A stretch of 64,000 bases of DNA from an uncultured delta proteobacterium (GCA_963789395.1 CAWBKP010000014.1:64001-128000); one strand, 5' to 3'. Shown: positions 43,167-54,618, counted from the first letter of the stretch. Notes: generated by a model not told the origin, from the sequence alone. Translations and numbers: made by a program.

Positions 43167-44610
43167 AGCCCCAAAAACATGCCGTCCGCCGTCTGGAGTT
43201 GAATTCCCGATGGTACGAAGCCGTGCTGCTCATCGCTTTTTTCTTTTCCGGCGCCACCAGTCTGTCACTGGAGGTTGCCTGGTCCAAAGAGCTGACATAC
43301 CTGCTCGGCGTGGATATTTATGCCACTGCAACGGTTGTCACGGCCTTTATGGCAGGGCTCGGATTGGGCGCCCTGCTGGTAGCGCGCTCGGATCGATGGA
43401 TAGCCGCCTCCATTAAGACTTACGCAGTATTGCAATTGGTCATCGGTTTCTACGCGCTGATTTCGATTCCGCTGTTCCGGCTCACCAGCCGCTGTTTTCT
43501 TTTTTGTTCATCCGGCTGGGTTACGACAGCGCCGGATTCCTTTTGATCCGTTTTCTGGTCGTCTTCGGATTCATGCTGATTCCGGTCACGCTGATGGGTA
43601 TGACCTTGCCGGTAGTGGTAGGTGCATTCTTACAAAAAAATGCAGGGCCGGTATGCCTATCTGGCCGGAAAACTCTACGGGATCAATACGTTGGGAGCGG
43701 TTTTCGGAACGCTGGCGGCAGGCTTTTTATTGATTCCGTCCCTTGGCATCCTGAAAACATGCCTGGCCACAGGTGCTGTAGACCTGTGTATCGGTTGCGT
43801 CTTGATCTGGCGAGCCCGTTATGAAGGTGCGCCGGAAGTTTCCGTTTCAAACCCATCCAGGGGAAAGCCGGCTCAGTACCTGCCTGCTGCTGAACCGTCC
43901 ACCGAACGCCTTGTACCGTTTGCCAGAATCATTTTCCTGGCCGGCCGCTGTTTTTATGTTCTCCGGCATCAGCGCCCTTGCCTATGAAATCATCTGGTTC
44001 CGACTGCTGGCAAGAATCATCGGCCCGTCGGTCCATGCATTTTCAATTATGCTTGCAACATACCTTCTGGGTATCGCCCTGGGCAGCCTGTTGGGGACCA
44101 GCATCATAAAAAAGACCAAAGACCACCGCCTGACCATGGCCGTGCTCCTGGGGGCCATCGGGTTCGGACCATTGGGGATACTGTTTTTCGTCAATAAGCT
44201 CCCTATCTGGTACGGCATGCTGTTTATCCGGTTTACCACTTCGGAATTCACCCTTCGCAACCTGATGCTGCAAGGGGTGATGGCCTGCATCTTGATTCTT
44301 CCCGCAACCCTGGCGCTGGGGGCTTTTTTCCCCGTGGTCACAAACGCACTACAACAAAGAGCAGGGCGAGGATCAGACAAAAGGCTCGGTCGGGCTGCTG
44401 TATTTTTATAACACTATCGGCGGCGTCATCGGCAGCCTGGCAGCGGGTTTCTGGCTGGTGCCGGCGCTTGGTATCAAATCGGCCATCCTGTGTCTGAACG
44501 GAAATCCTGCCGAACTTGATCCGGAATCCGGTGCCAATTGTGGAATGCTATCTGTCAACTTTCCATCGTTTGGCGAAACTGCTTCTGGATTCCGGCTTTC
44601 GCCGGAATGA
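43163..44610 (+). pseudogene. N-terminal membrane part of a fused MFS/spermidine-synthase-like protein, frameshifted and truncated near 44496
   Basis: SG...L..EV.W, FMAGLGLG, LMG.TLP, LYGINTLGAVFG and a second repeat (SG..AL.YEI.W, LYFYNTIGG); no methyltransferase domain follows. Confidence 0.7.
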
Positions 44611-44613
44611 CGT
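44505..44613. repeat. REP-like palindromic element (incomplete left arm, intact right arm)
   Basis: cttgatccggaatcc ... ctggattccggctttcgccggaatgacg (internal hairpin attccggc-tttc-gccggaat). Confidence 0.6.
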
Positions 44614-44717
44614 TACCGGGGATAATGCGGTTGCCCCAAATCTTCCCTGTCTCCATTTTACAAATGGGCAAGGGGCTTTTCTGGGCAACCTAACCCGCGA
44701 GGTTCCGGAATAAGCAT

Positions 44718-44854
44718 AAGAGCCTCTTGCAAAACCCCTTCAAATAGCCTTCTTCCCTCATACCGGCGAAAACCGGTATCTTGTGAATTCAAATGCTCCT
44801 GGTCCCCGGTTTTCACCGGGGTGACGAACAGCGGTACTTTTGCAAGAGGCTCTT
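44718..44854. mobile_element. 137-bp MITE-like element with 17-bp perfect terminal inverted repeats and internal REP-like hairpins
   Basis: aagagcctcttgcaaaa (44718-44734) and ttttgcaagaggctctt (44838-44854); inside are ataccgg-cgaaaa-ccggtat and ccccggt-tttc-accgggg. Confidence 0.65.
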
Positions 44855-44920
44855 CATTTATAAATCTTTAGCGTAAATGATCATACCGACCAGCAGAATT
44901 TTAACGGTGGAAAACCGGGC

Positions 44921-44964
44921 ATAAAAAAAGCCGGCCGGGAAAAATTCCCGGCCGGCTTTTTATT
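44921..44964. terminator. Bidirectional rho-independent terminator after the porin gene
   Basis: aaaaagccggccgggaa-aaa-ttcccggccggcttttt. Confidence 0.92.
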
Positions 44965-44993
44965 GAGCTTTAAATTAAGCGGTTAGGCTTGAA

Positions 44994-46399
44994 TTAGAAA
45001 GCAAGAGACAGCATGGCAGCCAATTCAATCGGATTGCCGTCGCCGTTCGGATCAACAGCCTTCGTAATGCCATCGCCGGCCCACAGATAGGCGCCGACCA
45101 GATCCAGTTTCAGGTTGTCAACGATGGTATAGGTGGCAACCAGGTCAAGTTCCGTACCCAGATCTTTGCTGTCTGGGGCGATCAATGCATTGGATTTAAT
45201 CAGTACATCCTCAACATGCTGCGCCCACCATACATCCGCGGCGAACTTCAGCGTCGGAAGGAGTTTGTAGGATGCGCCAAAATTGGCAATGTACACGTTG
45301 GAGATTTTGTCGCCAGGTGCGCCGGCCGGGGTCTGGTTGTCGATTACGCCGTCACCCATGATTTCCGCCCAGTAGTAGCTGGCGCCCCAGTTGTCTTTCG
45401 AACCCGGGGTGATGAATGCGTCAATATTGCTGCTATTAGTGTCATTATGATCCTGGCCGGAAGCATAAATGAACTTGCCGTGAATATTGGCAGGCCCCAG
45501 ATTCACGCCGCCGAAAACATCAAACAACCAGCCCTTGGCATCCAGCGAATCGTGTCCATAAAGAGCCTGCGGAACGTCTATGGAACCGAACTGCATAATA
45601 CCGGTTGCGCCAAGCTCGAAGATGTCGATTTTGCCGTCATATTCCAAGCCGGCTGTCCACAGATCGACTTTGGTTGCTCCGGGCAGGAATGTTGAAGATT
45701 TCGGGCTGTTGAACATGTTCACATTTTTTGCCGTTGCCAAGGATGCGTTCTCGGAGTACAGATAGGCGACATGCGGTTTTAACGTATTGTCTTTGTTCAA
45801 AAAGATGGTGGGATAAAGGACCCAGGTAGACATGTCGTAAGTGGATGCTTGCTCGTAAGTATCGTTGCCGAAGAGCTTTTTCCCGCGTAGAGATAGCCGT
45901 AGCCGCCTTCATAGTTTTTCATGTAAATGAACGGAATGTAAATGGCGTCATTGACTTTGAAAATGAGTTTCGCACCGGAAGCATCGTCATTATAGATATA
46001 GCCTCTGGCCAGCAGGAAGTCCTGGATACCCACCGTAAAGCGCTGTTCTCCCAGTTTAAAGTCAACATAAGAGTTTTTCACCCTGAACGTGTCGGCGCCG
46101 GAGTTGTCGGCGCCCATCTGGCCATAACCGCCGTTCTGGCCCCAGGCCGCATTGACTTCAAACTTGTTGACGAACTTCAGGTTTTCACTGAATTTTGCGG
46201 TGTAATAAATCCGGGTACGGGTATCGGTAATGTTTACTGACTGTGTGTCACCCTTCCCACCAGTAGTTCCGGCAAAGTCGATGTCCGTAATAAACCGGGT
46301 TCTCCAATATCCACCGAATTCATTTTCAAATGCTGCTGCAGGCATGGTAAGGGCAAGTACCAGCAGGCCCGCGACCAATAATACGGATAATTTCTTCAT
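44994..46399 (-). CDS. Major outer-membrane porin (Desulfobacterota type), frameshift near 45850
   Basis: Sec signal ending AAA-F, TRTRIY, KNSYVDF, DLGTELDL, amphipathic strands, C-terminal Phe; strong RBS and terminator. Confidence 0.82.
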
Positions 46400-46857
46400 T
46401 CTGAGTCCCTCCTCAAATAATTTCAATTAAATAGATAACCAACCTAATAATCAATCAAATCAAAGCACTAACTGAAAATACCACCTCCTTTCTCATTTTT
46501 CCTATCTTTTTCGCTTTTTTCTATTACAGATAATTTCCCTTAAATCAAGCAAATTCTTAAAATATTATAAATATTTTTTTCCATTTAATCGCCTTGTCAT
46601 AGCGATGTCCCTGTCACAAATACCACATGATGTATAATCAACACCATGACTACAACAGAGCGTATTTTTTCACCTGATAAAAAATATCCCCCGCCGCTAT
46701 TGAAATCCGCGAACAAATTTCTTTATAAATTTTTCAAAGTTCTATACAGTATCTTTCACTATATTTCAAATTGATTTTTTATCGAGCTTCTTTGCGACTG
46801 CCACCGGGAAGTGTGTCGATGATGAACTTTAATATTATTATGGAGAGTTGAGTTATT

Positions 46858-48492
46858 TTGCGTTCAATTACATTGTCTTTGGGTACAGCCCTGATCCTTT
46901 TTTTATCAGTATTGTCTTCCGCCGCCGCATCCGGCGCATCCCGCATACTGGTGCTGCCGTTTGATATCCAGTCCGACAGCGATCTGTCTTTTCTTCAAAA
47001 AGGCATTTCCCAGATGCTGGCATCCCGCCTGGCTTCGGATGGATCCATTGAAGTCGTCAACTTGGACGGCCCTGCAACTGCAACCCCATCCAAATCCGTC
47101 GACGAAGCAGCGGCGGTATCCGCAGGCGAGAAACTGAAGACCGATTACGTAGCTTACGGCACTGTAACGGTTTCAATTGACTCCGTTCAAACCGATGCCT
47201 GGTTGGTGCGGACCGCCGATGAAGCCCCCCTTGTGGTGTTCAGCCAGACCGGGAAAAACCAGGGGGATGTCCTGCAGCAGGTCAAATCATTTGCAGCTGA
47301 AATACTGGCTGCTTTGGGATCGAAGACGTCTGTTTTGACCCAGCCCAAACCTGAAATTCAGCAGCAGGCGGTTGTGGATGAGAGCCGCCGCCATCCCGAG
47401 TCCCTGTGGACCGGAGCACTGTCCGCCAGCGGTACGCCGATACGGATGATGGCCTCTGATGGAAAAACCGAGGCTGATGTCTGGAAAAGCACCAAATTCC
47501 AGGCAGAAATCAAAAGCCTTGCCATCGGCCATGTTCTCGGAGACAATCAAAACCAGCTGGTCATCATTAACGACGATTCCGTATCGCTGTACCGCTATGT
47601 CTCCGGAAAACTGGAGCTGATAGACGAGTCCGCCGGCGAGACGGATTATACCCCTATCCGCGTGGATGTGGCCGATATCAACCACAACGGCAAGGCCGAG
47701 ATCTTTGTCACCTGTCTGTATCATGACAAGACGCTGTTAAGTTCCTATGTCCTGGAATGGGACGGGGCCAAGCTGGCAAAAATTGTCCAGGGCGCCGGCT
47801 GGTATTACAAAGTAATGGCGATTCCAGGAAAAGAACCCGTCCTTCTGGGACAGCAGCGGGGAATGAACGAGCTTTTTATGACAGGCATTTCCCTGTTGAC
47901 CTGGCAGAACGGGGATTACCGCGAATCTTCCCTGGCGGATGTCCCCCGCGGACTGCCGATCTATGCATTTTCTTCCGGAAATGCCATGAATGACGGCAAG
48001 GAGATGACGGTTTCTCTGACATCCGATCTTCGCCTGCGCGTTTTCGATCAAACCGGGGATATGGAATGGACCAGCTCGGAACGGTTTACCGGCGGCGGGG
48101 TCTATATGCCGAAGCTTACAGGCGATAACGAATCACCGGATGCCGCCAAGCGGCTGCGGCGCTATTATCTGCCGCAGCGCATCGTTGTTTCCGATATTGA
48201 CAAAGATGGAAAAAATGAAGTGATTCTGCTGAACAATTATGATTATACGCGGAATTTGCTGCCCAATCTCCGGCTTTTTAAAAGCGGGCATGTCGAATGC
48301 CTGCAGTGGGAGGAATTGTCATTTGGGATAAAATGGAAAACCACGGAAGTTTCCGGCCAGATCAGCGATATGGTTGTGGGAGATCTGAATAATGACGGGG
48401 TGGATGAAATCGTGTATTCCGTTGTGGAACGTCCCGGCTTTACCTTTTACAGCGCCCGCAGTTACCTGGTTTCCTGGCAGGTTGGGAAATGA
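46858..48492 (+). CDS. Exported FG-GAP/VCBS-repeat protein with a TolB-N/CsgG-like N-terminal domain
   Basis: Signal peptide, ILVLPF...GI..ML.SRL, repeats VADINHNGKAEI, VSDIDKDGKNEV, VGDLNNDGVDEI. Confidence 0.82.
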   Translation: MRSITLSLGTALILFLSVLSSAAASGASRILVLPFDIQSDSDLSFLQKGISQMLASRLASDGSIEVVNLDGPATATPSKSVDEAAAVSAGEKLKTDYVAYGTVTVSIDSVQTDAWLVRTADEAPLVVFSQTGKNQGDVLQQVKSFAAEILAALGSKTSVLTQPKPEIQQQAVVDESRRHPESLWTGALSASGTPIRMMASDGKTEADVWKSTKFQAEIKSLAIGHVLGDNQNQLVIINDDSVSLYRYVSGKLELIDESAGETDYTPIRVDVADINHNGKAEIFVTCLYHDKTLLSSYVLEWDGAKLAKIVQGAGWYYKVMAIPGKEPVLLGQQRGMNELFMTGISLLTWQNGDYRESSLADVPRGLPIYAFSSGNAMNDGKEMTVSLTSDLRLRVFDQTGDMEWTSSERFTGGGVYMPKLTGDNESPDAAKRLRRYYLPQRIVVSDIDKDGKNEVILLNNYDYTRNLLPNLRLFKSGHVECLQWEELSFGIKWKTTEVSGQISDMVVGDLNNDGVDEIVYSVVERPGFTFYSARSYLVSWQVGK

Positions 48493-48493
48493 C

Positions 48494-48534
48494 GTGATAC
48501 ACAAGCAGGGAGCATTTGCCTGCTTGTGTATCAC
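48494..48534. terminator. 16-bp perfect hairpin immediately after the FG-GAP gene
   Basis: gtgatacacaagcagg / cctgcttgtgtatcac; no U-tract. Confidence 0.55.
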
Positions 48535-48652
48535 CGGGAATTCGCCCCAGTTCGGTATTCATTGACAGATTTCAGGAATTTTGGTACATATGCCCTAATA
48601 TTAATTATGTTCCGGCAGGATTTTCGGTTTTTCGGGACATGCACAGGGCGCC

Positions 48653-49327
48653 ATGATGAATAAGTTTTCGCTACCGGAATCTCCCAGCCGTTTTGCTTTT
48701 CCTGTCGCAAGCGCGGGGTATCCCCTGATTTTTGCCGCCGCATTCGCAACGGGCGTGCTGGCCCTGCTTCAATTGCGGGCTCCGGCGCTTATAGGGCTTG
48801 CTGTTACTTTTTTTATTGCGTTTTTTTTCCGGGATCCGGACCGGGTTGTCCCGATTTCCGATGGCGCCATCATCTCCCCAGCGGACGGCAGGGTGGTCAT
48901 CGCCGGAAAAGCGGAACACACCCCTTTTTATGATGGCCCCTGCCAGAAGGTCAGCATCTTCATGTCGGTGTTTAATGTCCATGTCAATCGCATTCCGCAT
49001 GAGGGTCAGATTGAAAAAATTGCGTATCACCCGGGCAAATTTGTAAACGCCAGCCTCGACAAGGCCTCCGAAGGTAACGAACGAAACGCGGTTTTCATGA
49101 TTACGGACCGGGGCCAGCGGTTCTGTGTGGTTCAGATTGCCGGGCTGATCGCCAGGCGGATCATCTGCCATATTCAGGCAGGAGAAACCATCCACCGGGG
49201 ACGGCGTTTCGGTTTGATCTGCTTTGGATCGCGGCTGGATGTCTATCTTCCGCCGGAGGCTTCGCTCACTGTAGCCGTGGGAGACAGGGTCAAGGCCGGA
49301 ACGTCGATCATTGGATATTTCAACTGA
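48653..49327 (+). CDS. psd: Phosphatidylserine decarboxylase proenzyme
   Basis: FFRDP, SPADG, SIFMSVFNVHVNR, FGSR self-cleavage motif. Confidence 0.95.
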   Translation: MMNKFSLPESPSRFAFPVASAGYPLIFAAAFATGVLALLQLRAPALIGLAVTFFIAFFFRDPDRVVPISDGAIISPADGRVVIAGKAEHTPFYDGPCQKVSIFMSVFNVHVNRIPHEGQIEKIAYHPGKFVNASLDKASEGNERNAVFMITDRGQRFCVVQIAGLIARRIICHIQAGETIHRGRRFGLICFGSRLDVYLPPEASLTVAVGDRVKAGTSIIGYFN

Positions 49328-49355
49328 TTTTTTTGCAAGATATTGCCGTATTATT

Positions 49356-49402
49356 CATGATCCTTGACGAAGCGGGCAGCTTCATCAAGGATCATGTTTT
49401 TT
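49356..49402 (+). terminator. Intrinsic terminator after psd
   Basis: catgatccttga...tcaaggatcatg followed by a T-run. Confidence 0.7.
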
Positions 49403-49440
49403 GATTCAGAACGATGAAAACAAATACAGAGGGAATGACC

Positions 49441-50463
49441 ATGTCCAACAAACAATTCCATGTTGCAGTGGCCGGAGCAACCGGGGCTGTCGGAAATCAA
49501 ATGATCGCCTGCCTGGAAGAACGGAATTTTCCGATCAAGTCCATCAAATTCCTGGCGTCTGTTCGATCGGCCGGAAAAAAACTGAGCTTCAGGGGCGAGC
49601 CGGTGGTTGTCGAGGAGATGACGGATACATCCTTCAACGGCATGGATATCGCGCTGTTTTCAGCCGGCGGGAGCACCAGCGAGAAGTTTGCGCCGGTTGC
49701 AGCCGGTTCCGGATGTGTCGTCATCGACAATTCCAGCGCCTGGCGAATGGACCCCCGGGTGCCGCTGGTGGTTCCGGAAGTCAACAGCCATGCCATTGCC
49801 GGCTATACGCAAAAAGGCATCATCGCCAACCCCAACTGCTCGACGATTCAGATGGTGGTGGCCTTGAATCCCATTCATCGGAAATACGGCATCAAGCGCA
49901 TTGTCGTATCCACCTATCAGGCGGTTTCCGGCACCGGCCAGAAAGCCATCGTCGAACTGGATGACCAGGTCCGGGCGATCATGGATTCCCGGCCGGTCGA
50001 AAACAACGTCTATCCGCATCGCATCGCGTTCAACTGCCTTCCCCATATCGATGTGTTTCTGGATAACGGATATACCAAGGAAGAGATGAAAATGGTCCAT
50101 GAAACCCGGAAAATCATGGAAGACGACACCATCGGGGTGACGGCGACCACGGTTCGGGTTCCGGTTTTTTACAGCCATTCCGAATCCATCAACATTGAAA
50201 CGCGTCTGCCCATCACCCCGGATGCGGTCCGGGAACTGCTGCGCAGCGCGCCCGGAGTCAAGGTTGTGGATGATCCCCAAGCCCGTGTCTACCCCATGCC
50301 CATCGATGCCGCCGGCCAGGATTTAACCTATGTGGGCAGAATCCGCAAAGATGAATCGCTTCCCAATGCCATTAACCTGTGGGTTGTTGCCGATAACATT
50401 CGAAAAGGGGCGGCAACCAACGCTGTTCAAATTGCCGAGATTCTGGCAGAAACCTATCTGTGA
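49441..50463 (+). CDS. asd: Aspartate-semialdehyde dehydrogenase
   Basis: GATGAVG, IDNSSAWR, ANPNCST, YQAVSG, DNIRKGAA. Confidence 0.98.
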   Translation: MSNKQFHVAVAGATGAVGNQMIACLEERNFPIKSIKFLASVRSAGKKLSFRGEPVVVEEMTDTSFNGMDIALFSAGGSTSEKFAPVAAGSGCVVIDNSSAWRMDPRVPLVVPEVNSHAIAGYTQKGIIANPNCSTIQMVVALNPIHRKYGIKRIVVSTYQAVSGTGQKAIVELDDQVRAIMDSRPVENNVYPHRIAFNCLPHIDVFLDNGYTKEEMKMVHETRKIMEDDTIGVTATTVRVPVFYSHSESINIETRLPITPDAVRELLRSAPGVKVVDDPQARVYPMPIDAAGQDLTYVGRIRKDESLPNAINLWVVADNIRKGAATNAVQIAEILAETYL

Positions 50464-50541
50464 TGACGGCCGGCCAAGTCGACCGCTACCCGGTTCACGC
50501 AGCTGCATTTACGAATAATCTTTATTTTCAGGAGCAATAAG

Positions 50542-51009
50542 TTGGATCGAATACCCATGACAAAAGAGGGCCACGTGGCCCTGAAAGCTGAGCTGGAACA
50601 TCTGAAAAAAGTCGAGAGGCCCCTGAACATCAAGGCCATCGAAGAAGCACGGGCCCACGGAGATTTGTCGGAAAATGCAGAGTTTGAAGCTGCCAAGGAT
50701 CGGCAGAGTTTTCTTGAAGGCCGAATTCGTGAGCTGGGATACAAGCTGTCAAATGCGGACATCATCGATCCCAGCAAGCTTCCCAAAGACCGGGCCGCCT
50801 TTGGCTGCCGGGTGCTTCTGGAAAATGTCGACACCGGAGAAACCGTTCAATACCAGCTGGTCGGCCCCGAAGAATCGAATATTGAAGAAGGCCGTATTTC
50901 TATCACCTCCCCGCTGGGGCAGGCCATTATCGGAAAAAAACCTTCCGATGAGCTGGTCCTGACAGCCCCGGGCGGCAAGCGCTGTTATGAACTGGTTGAA
51001 ATACTGTAA
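50542..51009 (+). CDS. greA: Transcription elongation factor GreA
   Basis: ARAHGDLSENAE, IS..SPLGQA. Confidence 0.97.
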   Translation: MDRIPMTKEGHVALKAELEHLKKVERPLNIKAIEEARAHGDLSENAEFEAAKDRQSFLEGRIRELGYKLSNADIIDPSKLPKDRAAFGCRVLLENVDTGETVQYQLVGPEESNIEEGRISITSPLGQAIIGKKPSDELVLTAPGGKRCYELVEIL

Positions 51010-51039
51010 TATCATTGAAAAGAGAATGGAGGTGTTTTT

Positions 51040-51246
51040 GTGGCAAGAATTACAATCGATGACTGTCTGAAACGGGTACCCAACCGATTCCTTCTGGCAA
51101 ACATGGTTGCCAGAAGGGTCCGTCAGATCCGCGAGGGTTCCGAGTATCTGGTCAGTTCACCCAAGAATGAAGACATTGTCATTTCTTTAAGAGAAGTTGC
51201 AGCCGGAAGAATCAAGCTGATGTCAGAAAACACCGACGGAGATTAG
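51040..51246 (+). CDS. rpoZ: RNA polymerase omega subunit
   Basis: MARITIDDCL....NRF.L......R.RQ, LREV. Confidence 0.95.
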   Translation: MARITIDDCLKRVPNRFLLANMVARRVRQIREGSEYLVSSPKNEDIVISLREVAAGRIKLMSENTDGD

Positions 51247-51263
51247 CGCCCATCAAGGACTCC

Positions 51264-52067
51264 GTGCTATTCAGGTCTGTGAACAGAGGGGTCGGGAAAG
51301 CCATTCATGATTACGACATGATCTCTCATGGCGACCGGATCGCCGTGGGCCTCTCCGGCGGACAGGACAGCCTGACCCTTCTGTGGTTTTTGCGGGAACG
51401 GCTTCATCGCATTCGCGTGCATTATGACATCGTTCCCATATATATTGATCCGGGATTTGAAAACGGATTCGGCGCGCAGTTGAAGGCGTATTGCCGCCAG
51501 TGGGGATTTGCGCTTCGGGTGGAGGAAACCCAGCATGGCATCCTGGCGCACAGCACGGAAAATCGGGAGAATCCCTGTTTTCTGTGTTCGCACCTGAGGC
51601 GAAAACGCCTGTTTGAAATCGCGGATGAACAGGGTTGCCAAAAACTGGCTCTGGGGCACAACAAGGATGACCTCATAGAAACCCTGTTCTTAAATATCTG
51701 CTACGCCGGCGAAATCTGCACCATGGTGCCGTCCCAGCGTTTTTTTCAGGGAAAGTTTACCGTAATCCGGCCACTGGCATTTGTGGATGAGACGATCATC
51801 CGGAAATTCGCCAGTGAACACCGATTTCCTGTTTTTGACAACCCTTGCCCGACATCCGGAACATCCAAGCGCAAAGAGATCAAGGAAATGCTTGGCCGGC
51901 TTTATGAGGGCAACGCCAATGTCAAAGGAAATATATTCAGGGCATTAAGCCATGTGAGAACGGACTATCTGCTGAAAGACCACTCGAAACGCCGCAAGCG
52001 ATCAGGAAACCGACATGAATCTACTCAGACACGGGAATCCGGACATGAACCCCCATCCGCCCTGTAG
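51264..52067 (+). CDS. ttcA: tRNA 2-thiocytidine biosynthesis protein TtcA
   Basis: SGGQDS PP-loop, CFLCS.LRR, LGHNKDD, IRPL, NPCP. Confidence 0.9.
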   Translation: MLFRSVNRGVGKAIHDYDMISHGDRIAVGLSGGQDSLTLLWFLRERLHRIRVHYDIVPIYIDPGFENGFGAQLKAYCRQWGFALRVEETQHGILAHSTENRENPCFLCSHLRRKRLFEIADEQGCQKLALGHNKDDLIETLFLNICYAGEICTMVPSQRFFQGKFTVIRPLAFVDETIIRKFASEHRFPVFDNPCPTSGTSKRKEIKEMLGRLYEGNANVKGNIFRALSHVRTDYLLKDHSKRRKRSGNRHESTQTRESGHEPPSAL

Positions 52068-52074
52068 CAACGCC

Positions 52075-52890
52075 ATGAAAGACGTCCAGAATCAGCGGGA
52101 CGACCGCAACATTCCCATCGACAAGGTGGGAATAAAGAATATCCGCTACCCCATCACGGTTCTGGACCGCAGAAACAGCCGCCAGCATACCGTAGCTTCC
52201 ATCAACATGTATGTGGATCTGCCCCACAAATACAAGGGCACCCACATGAGCCGTTTTGTCGAGCTGCTTCACCTGTTCCGGCCGGAAATCTCCCTCAAGC
52301 GCATCTCCGAGGTGCTGGACCGGATGAAAAAGCACCTCAATGCCGCATCAGCCCACATCGAAGTGTCCTTTCCGTATTTTATCGAGAAAAAGGCCCCGGT
52401 CAGCGGTGCACCCGGCCTGATGGACTACACCTGCAGGATTCTGGGCTCCAGCGATCCTTCCGGAAGCCTCGATCTGGTTTCCGAGGTGATCGTTCCGATT
52501 TCATCGGTCTGCCCCTGTTCCAAGGAAATCAGCGAAGTGGGCGCCCACAACCAGCGGGGCGAGGTCCGGCTGAGCACCCGGTTCAAGAAATTCATCTGGA
52601 TGGAAGACATGATCGAGCTGGTTGAAACCTGCTCATCCTGCGAAGTCTACTCTATCCTGAAACGGGTGGATGAAAAATTCGTCACGGAAAAAGGCTTTAC
52701 CAATCCCAAATTTGTCGAAGACATCGTCAGGGACGTCGCCAAAAAGCTGTATGCTGACAACAACATCACCTGGTTTTCCGTCAGTGCGGAAAATTTTGAA
52801 TCCATTCACAATCACAGCGCCTATGCGCATATCACCAGCGGACCGATTCACACGGATACCTGCCAGGAAGTTAAAAAGCAGAAAACCTGA
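52075..52890 (+). CDS. folE2: GTP cyclohydrolase IB (FolE2)
   Basis: KGTHMSRF, CPCSK, AHNQR, KR.DEK, ESIHNH; alternative start at 52015. Confidence 0.96.
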   Translation: MKDVQNQRDDRNIPIDKVGIKNIRYPITVLDRRNSRQHTVASINMYVDLPHKYKGTHMSRFVELLHLFRPEISLKRISEVLDRMKKHLNAASAHIEVSFPYFIEKKAPVSGAPGLMDYTCRILGSSDPSGSLDLVSEVIVPISSVCPCSKEISEVGAHNQRGEVRLSTRFKKFIWMEDMIELVETCSSCEVYSILKRVDEKFVTEKGFTNPKFVEDIVRDVAKKLYADNNITWFSVSAENFESIHNHSAYAHITSGPIHTDTCQEVKKQKT

Positions 52891-52941
52891 AAAAAACCGA
52901 TTCCCGTTGGCCGCCAGAATGCTCAAGCTTGCACTGCCCCT

Positions 52942-54163
52942 TTAAGATCCGGCAAGCCCCCGGATGATTTCCATCACCGGATCAGCGGTTTTGCCGGGGG
53001 TATTGATCAAGACCACGAACCGGTAACTTCCCCTGGCTGCCTGTTTCGATATATCCCGCCCGCGTGCGAATTCCGTTCAGCGTTCCGGTCTTATACAGCT
53101 CGTTTCCCTGCCTTCGCATCATCTGACGGTACGGATAAAACCTTACCAGCAGCCGATCCATTTGCATCGCGGAAAGTCTGTTCTCCCGTGATATCCCCGA
53201 TCCTTCAGCCAGCTGAAGGGTTTCGATCTGCATCTCCTGCCGCAGAAAATCCTGCGCCGCCCGAATACCTTTATCGATTGTGCCGGGCAGCCCGTACGCC
53301 TGGATACCGGCGGCAATAAACAGTTGGTTGGCGATAAAATTATTGGAAAATTCCATGAGTCTGGATATCACATCGGTCAGCACATAGGGGGATGCAAACC
53401 GGACCAGAAGCCGATCCCCGTCTTCAACCCTACCGATTCGAACCTGCCCGGCCGATGACATCCCCTGCTGCGACAAAAAGCCGGCAACCAGATGCCCGGC
53501 ATACAGCGCACTTTCTCCCTGGGAATGTGAAAACACGATCCTTCCGGAGGTCGTTCCCGAAGCGCGGATGCGGGATAAGGCAAACGGCACCAGCGGGGTT
53601 TGGGGCTCCGCGCTGAGGTATTTGCCGCCGGAAGTTTTCTGAAAGCTGATGGTGTTGAAATTGGCACAGAATGCGCCATTTGGTGCATCGTAAGGCTCAG
53701 TGGTCTCAGTGACTCCGGGAATTATCAGCGGCTGCTGAAATGCCGAATCATCCAGCACCAGGTCCTTGTATTGGTGAATCCGTGTTTGAATCCGTCTTGC
53801 AAAATCCGGCATCACATCCGACAGGAACAAGGGGTCGCCGAACCCCTTGATCTTCAGATTATTCTCCTTATCCGCATAGCATTCGGTCACAAACCGATAG
53901 TCCCCGCCAAGATAGTGAAGCGCCACCAGGGCGGTCAGGATTTTGAGGGTCGATGCCGGAACCAGCGGTTTTTCGGCATTTCTGGATGCCAGAATCTTTC
54001 CCTGAGGATCGGTCAGCAGCACCGCGTCCTTTTCCTGAATCAGGGAAAGCATCCGCGATACGGCCTGGGCCTGATCCGCAAGGGCCGTCGATACCGCATT
54101 TCCCAAAATGCAAAGAAGCACAACCCCGGTCACCAGATATTTGTTGAAGGTCGTTTTTTTCAT
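52942..54163 (-). CDS. dacB: D-Ala-D-Ala carboxypeptidase/endopeptidase (S13, PBP4), frameshift near 53035
   Basis: PASTLK (SxxK), GDP, SNN (SxN), GSGISREN, KTGT. Confidence 0.9.
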
Positions 54164-54164
54164 G

Positions 54165-54605
54165 TCATTTACTGTCCAGAATCAAGGTAACAGGTCCGTC
54201 ATTGATCAGCGCAACATCCATCATGGCGCGAAATCGGCCGGTTTTCACGGCAACGCCTTTTTCCCGGACCTTTTCGACAAACGCTTCGTAGAGGTTCTCG
54301 GCCTTTTCCGGTCCTGCAGCCTGCACATAAGAAGGGCGCCTGCCCTTGCGGCAGTCCCCCAGCAGCGTAAACTGCGATACCACGAGCATCTCGCCCCGGG
54401 TTTCCAGCAGCGACCGGTTCATTTTTCCGGCTTCATCCTCAAAAATCCGCAAATGCGCAATCTTCTCCGAAAGAAACGCCGCATCCGTAGAATCATCCGA
54501 TTCGGACACACCCAGCAGCACCAGCACACCCGGACCGATCCGGCTGATTATCTGGTGATTGACCGTTACCGAACTTTCCTTGACCCGCTGAACCACTGCA
54601 CGCAT
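54165..54605 (-). CDS. dtd: D-aminoacyl-tRNA deacylase
   Basis: [24 protein letters not shown]. Confidence 0.97.
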   Translation of the reverse strand: MRAVVQRVKESSVTVNHQIISRIGPGVLVLLGVSESDDSTDAAFLSEKIAHLRIFEDEAGKMNRSLLETRGEMLVVSQFTLLGDCRKGRRPSYVQAAGPEKAENLYEAFVEKVREKGVAVKTGRFRAMMDVALINDGPVTLILDSK

Positions 54606-54618
54606 CTCACTATCCTTT

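Noticed and set aside
46593..46630. Pho-box-like TGTCA repeats in the porin/FG-GAP intergenic region
   Set aside because: Spacing does not keep the 11-bp period and matches are partial.
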